NCBI GenBank assembly: GCA_014905635.1
Contig: CM026547.1
Span: 2,108,001-2,172,000, forward strand
DNA from: Scenedesmus sp. PABB004
Taxonomy: Eukaryota
Length of the DNA: 64,000 nucleotides
Direction of reading: 5' to 3'
A model generated the notes under the pieces. The model worked only from the letters and a program-made list of their open reading frames with translations, had not been told where the DNA came from and made no database searches. How positions within the stretch are numbered: position 1 is the first letter of the stretch; every line of letters begins with the position of its first letter. The translations under genes and the position numbers were made by a program. Of this stretch, positions 10,419 through 21,600 are shown in pieces.

Positions 10419-11716
10419 CGCGGCGGCGGCGGCGGCGGTCGCGGCGGCGGTCGCGGCTGAGCGCGCGCCGCGCAGTGCCGCGCGCGCCGCGCCGCTGCCA
10501 GCAGGCCGCTGCCAGCAGGCCGGCCCCGCGCGCCGCACACCCTGCAGGCCGTCCGCGATGGTGAGGGGCTTGGGCATGTCGGCCACCAGCCGCCCCGCCG
10601 CCTTTGACGCGGCGACGTCGGCCGCGCCGTTGCTGCCGGACGGCTCCGCCGCGACGACGGCGATGCCGGGGCGCAGCGCCTTGGCCGCGAGCGCCACGCC
10701 CGCGATCATGCCCCCGCCGCTCACTGGCACGACGATCACGTCCAGCTCGGGCGCCTGTCGCCGGCGGGCGCCGCCGGCGGCGGGTGCGCGTCGAAGGAGC
10801 GCGGGGCGCTGCCGCGGCCGGCGCCCCCCCCCCCCCCCCCTGCGGCGCCGCGGCGCGCCGCGCCTGCGCGAGCAGCTCCAGCGCAATGGTGCCCTGCCCC
10901 GCGATGACGGGCGCGCAGTCGTAAGGGGGTACGAAGGTGGCGCCCGTCTCCGCCGCGACGCGCGCGGCCGTGGCCTCGCGGTCGGCCAGCGTCGGCTCGC
11001 ACAGGATCAGCTCGCCTGCGGCGGCGGCGGCGCGCGGCGGTAGGCGCGCGCGCGGCGCGGCCCAGGGCCGCGCCTCCGCCACGCCTCCGCCAGCGCGGCT
11101 AGGGCCGGCGGCCCTGCCGGGCGTCTCACCTCCGTACTCCTTGACTGCCGCGAGCTTGACGGCGGGTGCATTGCGCGGGACGACGATGTAGGCCTTGCAC
11201 CCGCACACGCGCGCAGCGAGCGCGAGCGCCGACGCGTGGTTGCCCGAGCTGCGGCGCCGCGCGCGGCGTCAGCCCGCGCCGCCGCCGCGTGTGGGGCGGC
11301 GCGGCGCGGGGCAGGGGGCGGGGCTGCCGGCGCCGCGCCCGCGCGCGCGCGCCGCCCGCCACCTGTGCGTGACCACGCCCCGCGCCGCCTGCTCCGGCGA
11401 CAGCGAGCGCACCGCGTTGAGCGCGCCGCGAAACTTGAACGCGCCGCTGCTCGCGTGCGGGCGGGCGGCGGCGCGTCGGCGGGCGGGCGCGCGGCGCGCG
11501 CAGCGCCGCCGCACCACCGCGGGGGGCAGCGCCGCACCCTTTCTGGAGCGTCTCGCACTTGAACGTCAGCTCGGCGCCGGCGAGCGCGTCGAGCGTGCTG
11601 CACGTCATCACGGGCGTCACGTGCGCGTGCCCGGCGATGCGCTCCGCGGCGGCGCGGATGTCCTGCAGGCTCGCGGCGTACGCCGGCGCCGCGGCCGGCT
11701 GGGCGGCCGCCGCCAT
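10064..11716 (-). CDS. SRR: Serine racemase (PLP fold-type II)
   Basis: HVTPVMTCSTLD, FKCETLQK|GGAFKFRGA (PLP Lys), VTHS|SGNH, VPVSGGGMIAG, TIADGLQ, VEPSGAAGLAA, CGGNLD. An alternative ATG lies at 11767. Confidence 0.9.
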
Positions 11717-12153
11717 CGCCCCGCCTCCTCCCGCCGACAGGCCCGCCGCAGGCCCGCGCGACCGCATGTCTGTCTCTGGTGTGTGGTGTGTGTTTGGGGG
11801 GGGGTGCTCTGGTCAGGCAAGGCAGGCTGCAGCGGCGGCGGTGTGTGGCCGCCGGGGCCCGGCGCCGCACAAGCAGCGCAAGCGCGCCGCTAGAAGCGCG
11901 GCGCTGTCATGACAGCCGTGTCAGCGCGTCGCCCTGTATCCTGCACGTCCTCTCCTCTCACTCGATCGCCGCGCAACGGCACACGGGGGCGCTCGAGGAA
12001 CACGCCGCGCGCGAACCATCGCCGCCGCGCAACCCCTGCCGCCGCACGGGCGCGCCGGGCGTCCCAGGCCGGCCCGCGCGCTCGCTCGGTCGCCAGAAGC
12101 ACCGGTAACTGCCGACCAAGCGCCCGCAAAGGCCGTCGGGCCGGCGGCGCGGC

Positions 12154-13271
12154 ATGGCGGCTGCGCGGAGCTTGCTGCTGCTGCTGGCGAGGTGCGGTGC
12201 CTGCTCAGCGGCCGCCCGCTCCCTTCCGCTCGGCCCTCACGCGCCGCGCTGCGCCTGCCGCGCTGCCCGCAGCCTGTGCGCCGCAGCAGCGAGCATGGAG
12301 ATCAGGGGCAAAGTGGGGCTCTCGGGTGCGCAGCCGCTGCTGCGCAGCGGCCGGGCCGCGCGCGCGCGCCCCATGCGACGCCCCCGCCGTGCCGCCGCGT
12401 GCTGCGCGCAGTGGACGGCTTCACCGTCGTGCCGCTCCGGCCCGGGAGCGTCACCGAGGTCACGCTCAGCGGCCCCGACGGCGAGGCGGCGCGCACGTTT
12501 GCCGACCGCGAGGGCTGGTTCACGCTGCGCGACGTGTCGCCCGGCAGCTACGTGGTCACCACCACCAACCCCGCCTTCGTCTACCCCGACGTGGCCATCG
12601 ACGTCACCGCCAAGGCCGGCCTCGCGCGCGCTGCGTTCGTGTTCAATAAGCAGCAGGTGGGCGGCCGGGGCCGAGGCGCGCCGCGCCCGCCGCGCGGGGC
12701 CCGCCGCCGCGCCCGCGCGCGGCCGACGCGCGCCGCGCCGCGCCGCAGATCATGACCTCGGCGCTCTTCATCAGGCCCGCCCTGCAGGCGCAGTACTACG
12801 AGGTGCGCGGGCGCGCTCGGCGCGGCGCCGCACGCCCGCGCCGCGGCGCGCCGCGCCGCCCGTGTGGACACGTGCGCCGCGCCTGCTGCCCGCCCGCGCC
12901 GCCGCCCCGCCGCCGCCGCCGCCGCAGCTGCGCAAGCCTGTTGACGTGTGGTCGTTCATCAAGAGCCCCTACGGGCTGATGATCGGGTTCATGCTCTTTG
13001 GCATCTTTGTGTTCCCCATGCTCAAGGTCGACCCAGGTGACCACCGCGGCGGCGGCGGCGCAAGCCGGCGGCGGCGGCAAGCCGGCGGCGGCGGCGCAAG
13101 CCGGGGGCGGCGGCGCCCAGCTGGGCCGCGCGGCGCCAGCGCAGCCCCGCCGACCCGCCCGCCGCGCGTGCGCGCTGCGCAGAGGAGTACCGGGAGGCCA
13201 TGGCCTCGCTGCGCGGCGGCGAGGGGGAGCAGGCGCCCGCGGCGCAGCAGCAGCGCATCCGCGATCGGTGA
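12154..13271 (+). CDS. EMC7: ER membrane protein complex subunit 7 (DUF2012)
   Basis: Signal peptide MAAARSLLLLLA, REGWFTLRDVSPGSYVV...YPDVAIDV, AQYYE|LRKPVDVWSFIKSPYGLMIGF-TM-PMLKVDP|EEYREAM. 5 introns. Confidence 0.9.
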
Positions 13272-13366
13272 CCGGCGGCGACGCGCGCTGGCGGCCGGCC
13301 GGGCGTGGGAAAGCACGCCGGCGGCGTGCGGTCGCGGGCCAGCGGACCGGAGGCACGCTGCGCGTT

Positions 13367-13371
13367 TGTAA
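13367..13371 (+). terminator. TGTAA polyadenylation signal of EMC7
   Basis: Chlorophyte poly(A) signal ~95 nt after the stop; rare in this GC background. Confidence 0.6.
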
Positions 13372-13419
13372 CGCACACGTGCGCTGCGCGCGCCGCTGCC
13401 TCGCCGCGCGCCCCGCGGT

Positions 13420-14375
13420 TCAGGCACTGCCGCCGCCGCTTGCGGGCCCGAAAATGTCCCCGAGGTATGCAGCGTCCCGGTCGCCGCGCGCCTGGCCCTG
13501 CCGAGGGCGGGCGACGGGGGGCGGCGCTCGGCCGAGGCGCTGCTAGCCGCTCCTGCCGCGCGCGCGTGCGCTGCGCTGCGCGCGCCCACCTGCAGGCTCT
13601 GGCAGCTCAGCGCCAGCCCCGGGTCCCGCTCCAGCAGCTGCAGCGGCTCCGCGGCGTCGCCGAAGAGCCGCGCCAGGTCGTCCAGCACGGCCTGGAGCAC
13701 CGCCGGGTCCAGCAGCTGCGGCGCGGCGTCCAGCAGCCTGCAGGGGTCGCACGCGCCCGCCAGCAGCGCCTGCGCCTCGGCCAGGCGTTCCGTAAAGTCC
13801 CGCAGCCCGAGCAGCAGCAGCGGCCCGCACGCTGTCAGCAGGCGCGCCACGTCCGCGCGGGGAAACGCCTGCCGCAGCGCGAGCAGCTTGGCCGCAACGT
13901 CGTCCACGCGCTGCGTGAGGCGCGCCACGTCGCCGGGGCGCAACGCGGCGAGGCCGTCGATGTCTGGCAGCACCGCCGCCAGCGCCTGAACGCGGCCCAG
14001 CAGCTCGCCCTCGGCCACGCCCGCGTCGCGCGCCACGACGCGCACCGCGAGCAGCAGCTTGGCCTCGCCCGAGAACAGGTCCGCGGTGTCCGCGCCGTCG
14101 CCGCTCCGCACAAAGTTGCCGAGGCTGTCGGTCGGCCGCGCGAGCTTCTTGGTGTGGTAGCTGCCGATCGACCAGGGCTGGTCGCCGCCCGCGGCGCTCA
14201 GGAAGCGCGCCGCGGTGCCGCCGCCGCCGGGGGCGTCCGCGGCGCTGGCGGCGCCCGCGCCGGCGCCCGCGCAGCGCGGCGCGACGAGCGGGCCGGCGCT
14301 GCGCCGGCGCCCGGGGCCGGCCCCGCAGGCGGCTGGCGGGCTACCGCGCCAGGCCTGGCGCAGCATGCTGCGCAT
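13420..14375 (-). CDS. Organelle-targeted (probably plastid) helical-repeat protein, possibly mTERF-like
   Basis: Arg/Ala-rich N-terminus. Helical repeats KLLALRQAFPRADVARLLTACGPLLL, RLLDAAPQLLDP, QLLERDPGLAL. One intron, then GQARGDRDAAYLGDIFG...TGA at 13420. Confidence 0.6.
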
Positions 14376-14791
14376 CCCCCGGCTGTGTGCAAGGCGGCGG
14401 CGATGCGGCGATGCGGCAGCGGCAGCGGCAGCAGCGGCGGGAGCGGCAGCAGCGGCAGCGGCGCCGGTGGCGGCGGCAAATTTGGGAGGCGCGCGTGCGG
14501 GCGCTTCGGTGGAGGAGCTCCGTTGTGCGCCACTTGGGGCCCGCCGCGGCCGGCGGCAGGCGTAACTGAACTGACGCGGCAGCGCTCGAAGGGTTTGCCT
14601 GGTGCAGCCGGTGCCCCATCACTCCCGCGGGCCTGCGCATCGCCGTCAGTGCCCCTCCCCCTCGCCCCTCGGCGCGGCCGCTCCTCGCAGGGACCTCGCG
14701 GGCACACACCACCAAACACCAACAGCAGCGGCGCCGCCCGGCGCCCTCCCCCCGCCGCCCTCGCGCCCGCGCGCCGCTCCCGGCGGCCGCC

Positions 14792-16633
14792 ATGGCGGAG
14801 CTGGGCGCGCTGCGCACGGCCCGGGCGGCGCTGGACGAGGGGCTCATCAGCGCGCAGGACTTTGACGTCGTCAAGGTCGCCTTCCTGCGCGCGCAGCAGA
14901 TCAAGGCCGGCCTCGACGCCGGCTTCATCCGGCGCGAGGACTACGACAAGGCCGTCACGGCCTACCTGCACGCCATGGACTTCCAGCTCATCGCCGCGGT
15001 GCCGGCGCTCAGCGGCGGCGGCGCGGCGGCCGGCGGCGCGGCGCCGCCGCGCGCGCCCGCGCCCGCGCCCGCGCCGGCGCAGCAGCAGTACCAGCCGCCG
15101 CCGCCGGCGCCGTCGGCGTCGCTGGGCGGCGGTCGCGCGGTGGCGCTCGGCGGCGCCGCCGCCGCCGCCGGCGGCGCCGCGGCGTCGTCGGGCTTCACGC
15201 CGCGCAGCAGCAGCGGCGGCGGCGGGCTCGGCCCCGCGCTCGCCGGCGGCGGCGCGTCGGGCACGCTGTCGGCGCACACGTCGGTGTCGGAGGACGGCGG
15301 CGCGCTGCGCGACATCCCCGGGGACCTCCCAGATTACTGCAAGGGCGCGACCGCGGGCAAGGTGCGGCGGCGCGACGCATCGCAGCGCCCGGCCGCGCCG
15401 GGCCGCTGCCGCGCGCCGGGCCGCGCGTGTCGCCCGTGTCTGCCTCGCCCGCCAGCCGTGTCGCCGCCGCGGGGGGGCCGCCGGGTGAGTCCAGAAATCC
15501 ATGTCAGGCATCGCCGTGGACGAGGCGTGCGTGAACCTGTTCATGCACATGAAGACGCGCAAGTCGGTGAGGGACGGGGGGGGGGGGGGGGGGGGGGGGC
15601 GGGGGGGCGCGGAGCAGCAGCGGGGGAGCGGGAGCAGCAGCGACGGGACGCGGGAGCAGCGGCGGCGCGGGCGCGGGGCCGCGCCTGCGCCTGCGCCAGC
15701 AGCACGGCGCCGCGGCGGCGGCGAGCGCGGGGCCCGGGGCGCCCGCCCCGCCGTCACCGCCGCCCGCCCGCCCGCCCTCCCCCGTCTCCCCCCCCCCCCC
15801 CCCCCCCCTTAGTACAAGTGGCTCATCTTCAAGGTCGACGACAGCGGCCGCACGGTGAGAGAGGGGGGGGGGGGCAGCGCACGCACGCACAGCGCACGGA
15901 CGCGCGCGCACGCAGTGCGACGCGGCAGGCGCAGCAGGCGCGCGGGCCGAGCGCAGGCCGAGCGCAGGCCGTGCGCCCTGGCGCAGGTCGTGCCGGACAA
16001 GATCGGCGGCCAGGCGTCGTCGTACAACGACTTTGTCTGCGCGCTGCCCGACGGGCAGTGCAGATACGCGGGTGCGGCCGCGGGCGCGCCGCGGGGCCGC
16101 CGCGCCCGCGCCCGCGCCGCGCGCCGCGCGCCGCGCGCGTGCTCCCTCCCCCACCCCGCCGCTCCGCCCCCCCCCCCCTCCCCGCCTGACCTGAACGCGC
16201 AGTGTACGACTATGAGTACCGCAGCCCCGAGCGCGGGACGTTCAAGAAGCTCGTCTTCCTGCTCTGGTGGGGGGGGGGGGGGGGGACGCGGCACGGCACG
16301 GAGCCCCGCGCCCGCGCCCTCTCCGCGCGCCCCGCCCCCCTCCTCCCGTGCAGCGCGCCGCGCCCCGCCCTCCATCCCCCCCCCCCCACACACACACACG
16401 CCCGCCGCGCGCCCGCGACACGCCCGCCGCGCGCCCGCGCGCCGGCGCGTGCGCCGCCGCGCAGGGCGCCCGACGACAGCGGCGTGAAGCCCAAGATGAT
16501 GTACGCGAGCACCAAGGACTTTTTCAAGAGCTTCCTGGAGGGCATCGGCGCGGAGCTGCAGGCGACCGAGCCGAGCGAGATCAGCGAGGAGGAGATCCGG
16601 GACCGCGTCATCGGCAGCATGACGCGCAAGTGA
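14792..16633 (+). CDS. ADF/cofilin with a long N-terminal extension (two SHOCT-like helices plus a Gly/Ala/Pro linker), 6 exons
   Basis: MSGIAVDEACVNLFMHMKTRKS|YKWLIFKVDD, SYNDFVCALPDGQCRYA|VYDYEY, KLVFLLW|APDDSGVKPKMMYASTKD, ELQATEPSEI are cofilin hallmarks. Confidence 0.93.
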
Positions 16634-17143
16634 CGGGACCGCGCCACCGGCGCAGCACGACGCGCAAGTGACGGGGGCGGCGGGGCGCGCCACCGGCGAG
16701 TGGGTCGGCCGGCCGCTGACGGCCGGCGCGGTGCGCAAGTGACGGGGCGTCGGGGTGGGCGCGCGGGGCGCGCGGGGCGGGGCGGGCGGCAACCACCGCG
16801 GCGGCGGGGGGCGGCGTGCGGCTGCTGGTGCGCAGCAGCGGCGGGGCGGGCGCGGCGCATGGGCATGGGCATGGGTGGGGGGGGGGAGGCACTGTCCACG
16901 CCGCGCGTGGGGGCGTCGCCGCCGCGTTGACCGGTCGGTGCTGCGGGACTGCGCGAGAAGAATTAACTCCATGGAACTGCCCGCGCGCGCGCTCCGCAGC
17001 GCTGAAGTTCAGTGCCAGCCAGCCATCACGTCAGCGGCTCTTGTTGAGTGCAGTGCGCTGCGGCTGCAAGCCCGCCAAGCCGCTCCCCCGACAGATCAGC
17101 ACGCGCGCACCTCGCTCCTCCCCTGCTCTGCACGCGCGCGCGC

Positions 17144-17932
17144 TCACGCGGCGAGCAGGCCGCTGCTGTCGCCGCGCGCGCGCGGCGCCTTGGCCGCCGA
17201 GGCCGCGCTGCACGTCGCGGCCGTGGGCGGCGTGTGCTCGCCGGAGGAGCCCCAGCCCTCCACGCTGATGAGGGAGCCGTCGCGCAGGAACTGGCTGAGC
17301 GCCGCCTCGTGCGCGGTGAGCGCGCCCTCGCTCCAGCTCATGCGCTGACGCAGCGCGGCGTCCAGCCACTGCAGCCTGCGGGGCGCAGGCGCGGGCGGGG
17401 CCGGCCGGCGGGTCGGCGCGCCGGCAACGAGCCGCGCACCAGCCAGCGCGCGCGCCGCCGCCGCGCACCGGAACGTGTGGGACTGCCGCCACGCCGCGTC
17501 GGCGGCGCGCTCCTCGTCCTCCACCGCCTGCAGCGGCGTGCGCGCGCCCGCGGCGCTGCTGCTCGCGTCGCTGCTGCCCGGCGACGGCGCGCGGCGCCAG
17601 CCCTCCGGCGTCGCCGGCCGCGGCGGCGGCGTGCGGCCGGAGCTGCGCGCGCCGGCGGGGGCCGCGCCGTGATGAGCGCAGTGGGGCCGGAGCTGCCGCT
17701 CGACGCGGCGCCGCCGCCGCCGCCGGGCCAGCCGGTGAATGACGCGGTCGCGCACGCGGCGCCGCCGCCGCAGCACTGCCACCGCGGCGCCGCCGCCGCC
17801 GCGGCGCCGCGCGGCGACGCCGAGAGCGCGCGCAGCACCGCGGCCGCCAGCCTGGCCGCAAGGCCCGCCGGCGGCGCGCCGCCCACGCTGGCGCGCCGGC
17901 CCCGGTGGTCGGCCTGAGCCTGCTTCTGCATC
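17144..17932 (-). CDS. Hypothetical protein (orphan), one intron and an apparent frameshift near 17650
   Basis: MMQKQAQADH... start, then LQAVEDEERAADAAWRQSHTFR | LQWLDAALRQRMSWSEGALTAHEAALSQFLRDG joined by a GT-AG intron. Confidence 0.55.
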   Translation of the reverse strand, partial: DAEAGSGRPPGPARQRGRRAAGGPCGQAGGRGAARALGVAARRRGGGGAAVAVLRRRRRVRDRVIHRLARRRRRRRVERQLRPHCAHHGAAPAGARSSGRTPPPRPATPEGWRRAPSPGSSDASSSAAGARTPLQAVEDEERAADAAWRQSHTFRCAAAARALAGARLVAGAPTRRPAPPAPAPRRLQWLDAALRQRMSWSEGALTAHEAALSQFLRDGSLISVEGWGSSGEHTPPTAATCSAASAAKAPRARGDSSGLLAA

Positions 17933-18690
17933 ATGCCGCCGACGGCGCGGGTGGCCTGCGCGCGCGGCGCGCGGCCAGAGCAGCGCGGCGGCGCGGCGCG
18001 CGCCCGCTCAGCGCCGGCGCCCGCCCGCGAGCTGGAGTCAGCGCGGCCAGGCCGCCGGGGAGCTCGTCCGGGCCCCACGGACCTCACACTCCGCGCCCGA
18101 GCCGACCAGATGCCGGGTCGCTCCGTGGCGCGGCTGACCGCGGGGCGACGGCTACGGGCGCCTAAAGCTCCACGCCAGCTCTCACGAGCTCGCGCGCACT
18201 GCGCAGTCGCGCCGCCTGCACGCGCGTCGCGGCCGGCTCCCGCGCTTCGCCCAGGCGGCGCGCCGGGCGCCGCAAACGCGTGCCGCTGCCTTGCAGGACG
18301 CCCGTTTAGTGGTTCTGCACTGTCACGGCGAGCGGCGGGTCGAGCAGCGCCCCGGGCGCGAGAGGGCTCAACCTCGCAGCGACCTGCACCCTGCTCTGCC
18401 CCCCCCCCCCCGGGCGCACGAGAGGCCATCACGCCCCTCACGCCGACAACTCGGACTCGGCTGCGACGGCCGCGACGTGCGCAGGCTCGGCCCGGCGCGC
18501 CCGCGCCCACGCACGCGCCCGCAGCAGCGACAGCGGCGCGCTCGCCGCCGCGCCGCGCCGCACCTCCAGGGGGGCGCGCCCGCACCACACGAGAGCGGCG
18601 TGTGGTGAGGCAGCGACCAGCGGTGGCATGGCCGCGGCGCCGTGACCGCGCCGGCGGCGCGCCGGCGGAGTGAGCGGCAGCAGCGGCGCG

Positions 18691-21600
18691 ATGCCGGCGG
18701 CGGCGGCGCGGCCCGGGCCGCGGCGGACGCGCCAGTTTGGCGCCGTGCTGCGCAAGAACTTCATCCTCCAGACGCGCGGCCGGCGCACGCTGTTCGGCCT
18801 CGGCGGGTGGGCGGGGCTCGTGGCGCAGGTGCTGCTGCCCGTGGGCTTCTTCGCGCTCATGTGGTGCGAGCGGCGCGCCGCCGCCGCGCGCCGCCGCTGC
18901 TAGCCCGTCCGGCTGCTGGGCGTGCCGCGCTGACGCCCCCGCGCCGCCCGCGCCGCCCGCGCCGCCCGCGCCGCCCGCGCCGCCCGCGCCCCGCGGTCCG
19001 CGCCTTGCCGGTCCGCGCGCCGCGCCGCAGCATCCCCAAGCACTACATTCAGCCCTACCAGCACCCGCGCCTCCTGCAGGCGCAGGAGCACGACCTCGAC
19101 ACCAAGGCCTGGGCCGGCGCCACGCCCTACGAGGGCCCCGCGTCCGCGACCGGCGCCGCGCGCGTGGTGCTCGTGCCCGACACGCCGCCCGTCGCGGCGC
19201 TCGCGGCGCGGCTCGCGATGGCCGTGTCCTGCCCGCCCGAGCCCTACAAGCGCATCTGCAGCCCCGGCAGCATCACCACCTTTGCCTGCCTCTTTGGCGT
19301 CGCGGCGGCGCCGCGCGGCTGCGAGGCGCGCGCGGCGGGCGGCGCGCGCCTGGGCGCGCGCAGACGACAACGCAGGCGCGCGCGCGAGCGCCTGCCCGCC
19401 TGCCTCCGCCGCCACGCGCAGGACGCTGCCACATGCATGGCCACGCCCGCGTGCTACGCGCGCGCGCTTGCGGAGCACATCACGCTGCTGCCGAGCGAGG
19501 CCGCCGCGCTCGCGCTGCTCGAGGAGCGCCCGCACTCGGTGGACGCCGTCGTCGTCTTCCCCCGCGCCGCCGCTGCAGCCGCCCCCGCCGGCAACGCGTC
19601 GGCGGGCGGCGGCGGCGGCGGCGGCGGCTGCGGCGCGCTCGGCGGGGCGCCGGGGGACGGGGTGCTGCTCGAGTATGCGATCCGCATGAACGCGACAGAC
19701 GTCCCGCCCACGCAGCTGCTGCGCGACCTCTTTGACGTCTCCCCCGGCCTCATGCCCCTCCCGGGCAACCTGCTCTGGTGCGCCGCGGCCGCGGCGGTGG
19801 TGCCTCGCCCCGCCGTGCCGCAGCCGCCGCCCGCCCGCCCGAGCCTGGCCGCTCGGCGGGCGCCGCCGCGCCTTGCCACGCCGCCCCGCCGCGACGCCGC
19901 GGCGCCAGGGCGTACCGTGGGTACTGGTTCCTGGCCAACCTCCAGCTCGCGATCGACCGGTCGCTGCTGGGCGGGCGCCAAGGCAACGGCACCTTCCCCG
20001 CGAGCCTCAGCGTGCGGGTCAAGCCCTTCCCCTGTGCGGCGCGGCACACGGCACCGGCGTGGCCTGCCGCCGGCGGCGCACTCGCCGCCCACCCGCGCCG
20101 CCACCCCGCCCGCGCAGGGCCGGCCAAGCTGGAGGACCTGGGCGCCGCGTCGGCTGCTGCCTTTTTCAACCTGCTGCTCGTCTACGCCTTCCTCGCGCCC
20201 ACGCGCGCCGTGGTGGGCGCGATCGTGCGAGAGAAGGAGCTGCGCCTGCGCGAGGGCATGCGCATATTCGGCCTCTCGGTGCGCGCACCGCACGCGCGCA
20301 CGGGCGGCCGCGCCCGCGCGCGTGCGCTGCACCACCGCGGCCGCCGCACACCGCGCGCGCACCGCACCGCGCACCGCGTCCGCGGCCGCAGGAGGCCGCG
20401 TATTGGGCGTCCTGGTCACTCACCCACTGGCTCACGCTCGCGGCGTCGGGGCTGCTCTGCGCCGTGGTGCGCCCGCGGCGCCCGCCCGCCGCCCGCCGCC
20501 CGCCGCCGGTCGGCCGCCGCCGTCCACCTCTGCCCGCCCGCCGACCCCTCTCCGCCCGCGCGCGCGCGCGCCAGGTTGGGCTGTACCCCTTTGCCCACAG
20601 CAGCCTGTGGGTGATGCTGGCCTTTTACTGGCTCTTTGCCGCCGCGCTCATCGCGTTCAGCTACGCGCTCAGCACGCTCTTCGCCGCGAGCCGCGTCGCC
20701 GGCACCGCCACGCAGCTCATCTACGCGCTCTCGATGATCCCGGGGCGAGTCGCGCGCGCTGCGCGTGCTGCGTGCGCTGTGCGTGCTGCGCGTGCTGTGC
20801 AGCCCGCGGCGCGGCTCTCGCCCGTGGTGGCCCCCCTCGCACGCCGCCGCCGCCGCCGCTGCATCCGCCGCCGCGCCCGCGCAGCTTCCTGCTGCCCTTT
20901 GTGCGGCCGTACGGCGGCGCGAGCTGGTACTGGGCCTCGCTCAGCCCCACCAGCGCGGCGTCGCTCTTTGCGGCCGCGCTGGTCAACTGGGAGCGCCTCG
21001 CCGCGGGCGTGACGGTGCGCACGCTGTGGCTTCCAGTCACGCAGGGCAGCGCGTACAGCGCCGGCACCGCGCTCGCCATGCTCGCCCTGGACGTGCTGCT
21101 CTTCGGCGCCCTCGCCTGGTACGGCGACAAAGTGAGCGGCGGCGCGCGCGCGGCAGCAGCACGCCGCGCCCGGCACCGGGCGGCGGCACCGGCGGCGCCG
21201 GCGGCCAGGAGGCAGAGAGGGGGCAGGCGAGCGCTGGTGCGGCGGCGGCCGCTGACGCCCGCGCCTCGTGCCCCTCCCCCTCCCCCCGCGCCTGGCGGCC
21301 GCGCCGCGCAGGTCGTGCCCTCCACGCACGGGCAGGTGCTGCCGCCCTGGTTCCCGCTGTCTCCCTCCTACTGGCGCGCGGACGGCGGCGGCGAGGCGCG
21401 CGGCGCCGTGCCGCCAGGGGCGGAGCGGCCCGGCGGCGGCGCGCAGGACGCGCCGGGCGACGAGCCTGAGGGCCCCGGCGGCGCGCCGCCGGCCATCGAC
21501 GTCCGGGCCTGCGCCGCGTGTTTGCCGCCCCGGCGGCGGCGTGCGCGTGGCGGTGGAGGGGCTGCGCGTCGTGATGCGCAGCGGCCGCATCACCGCGCTG

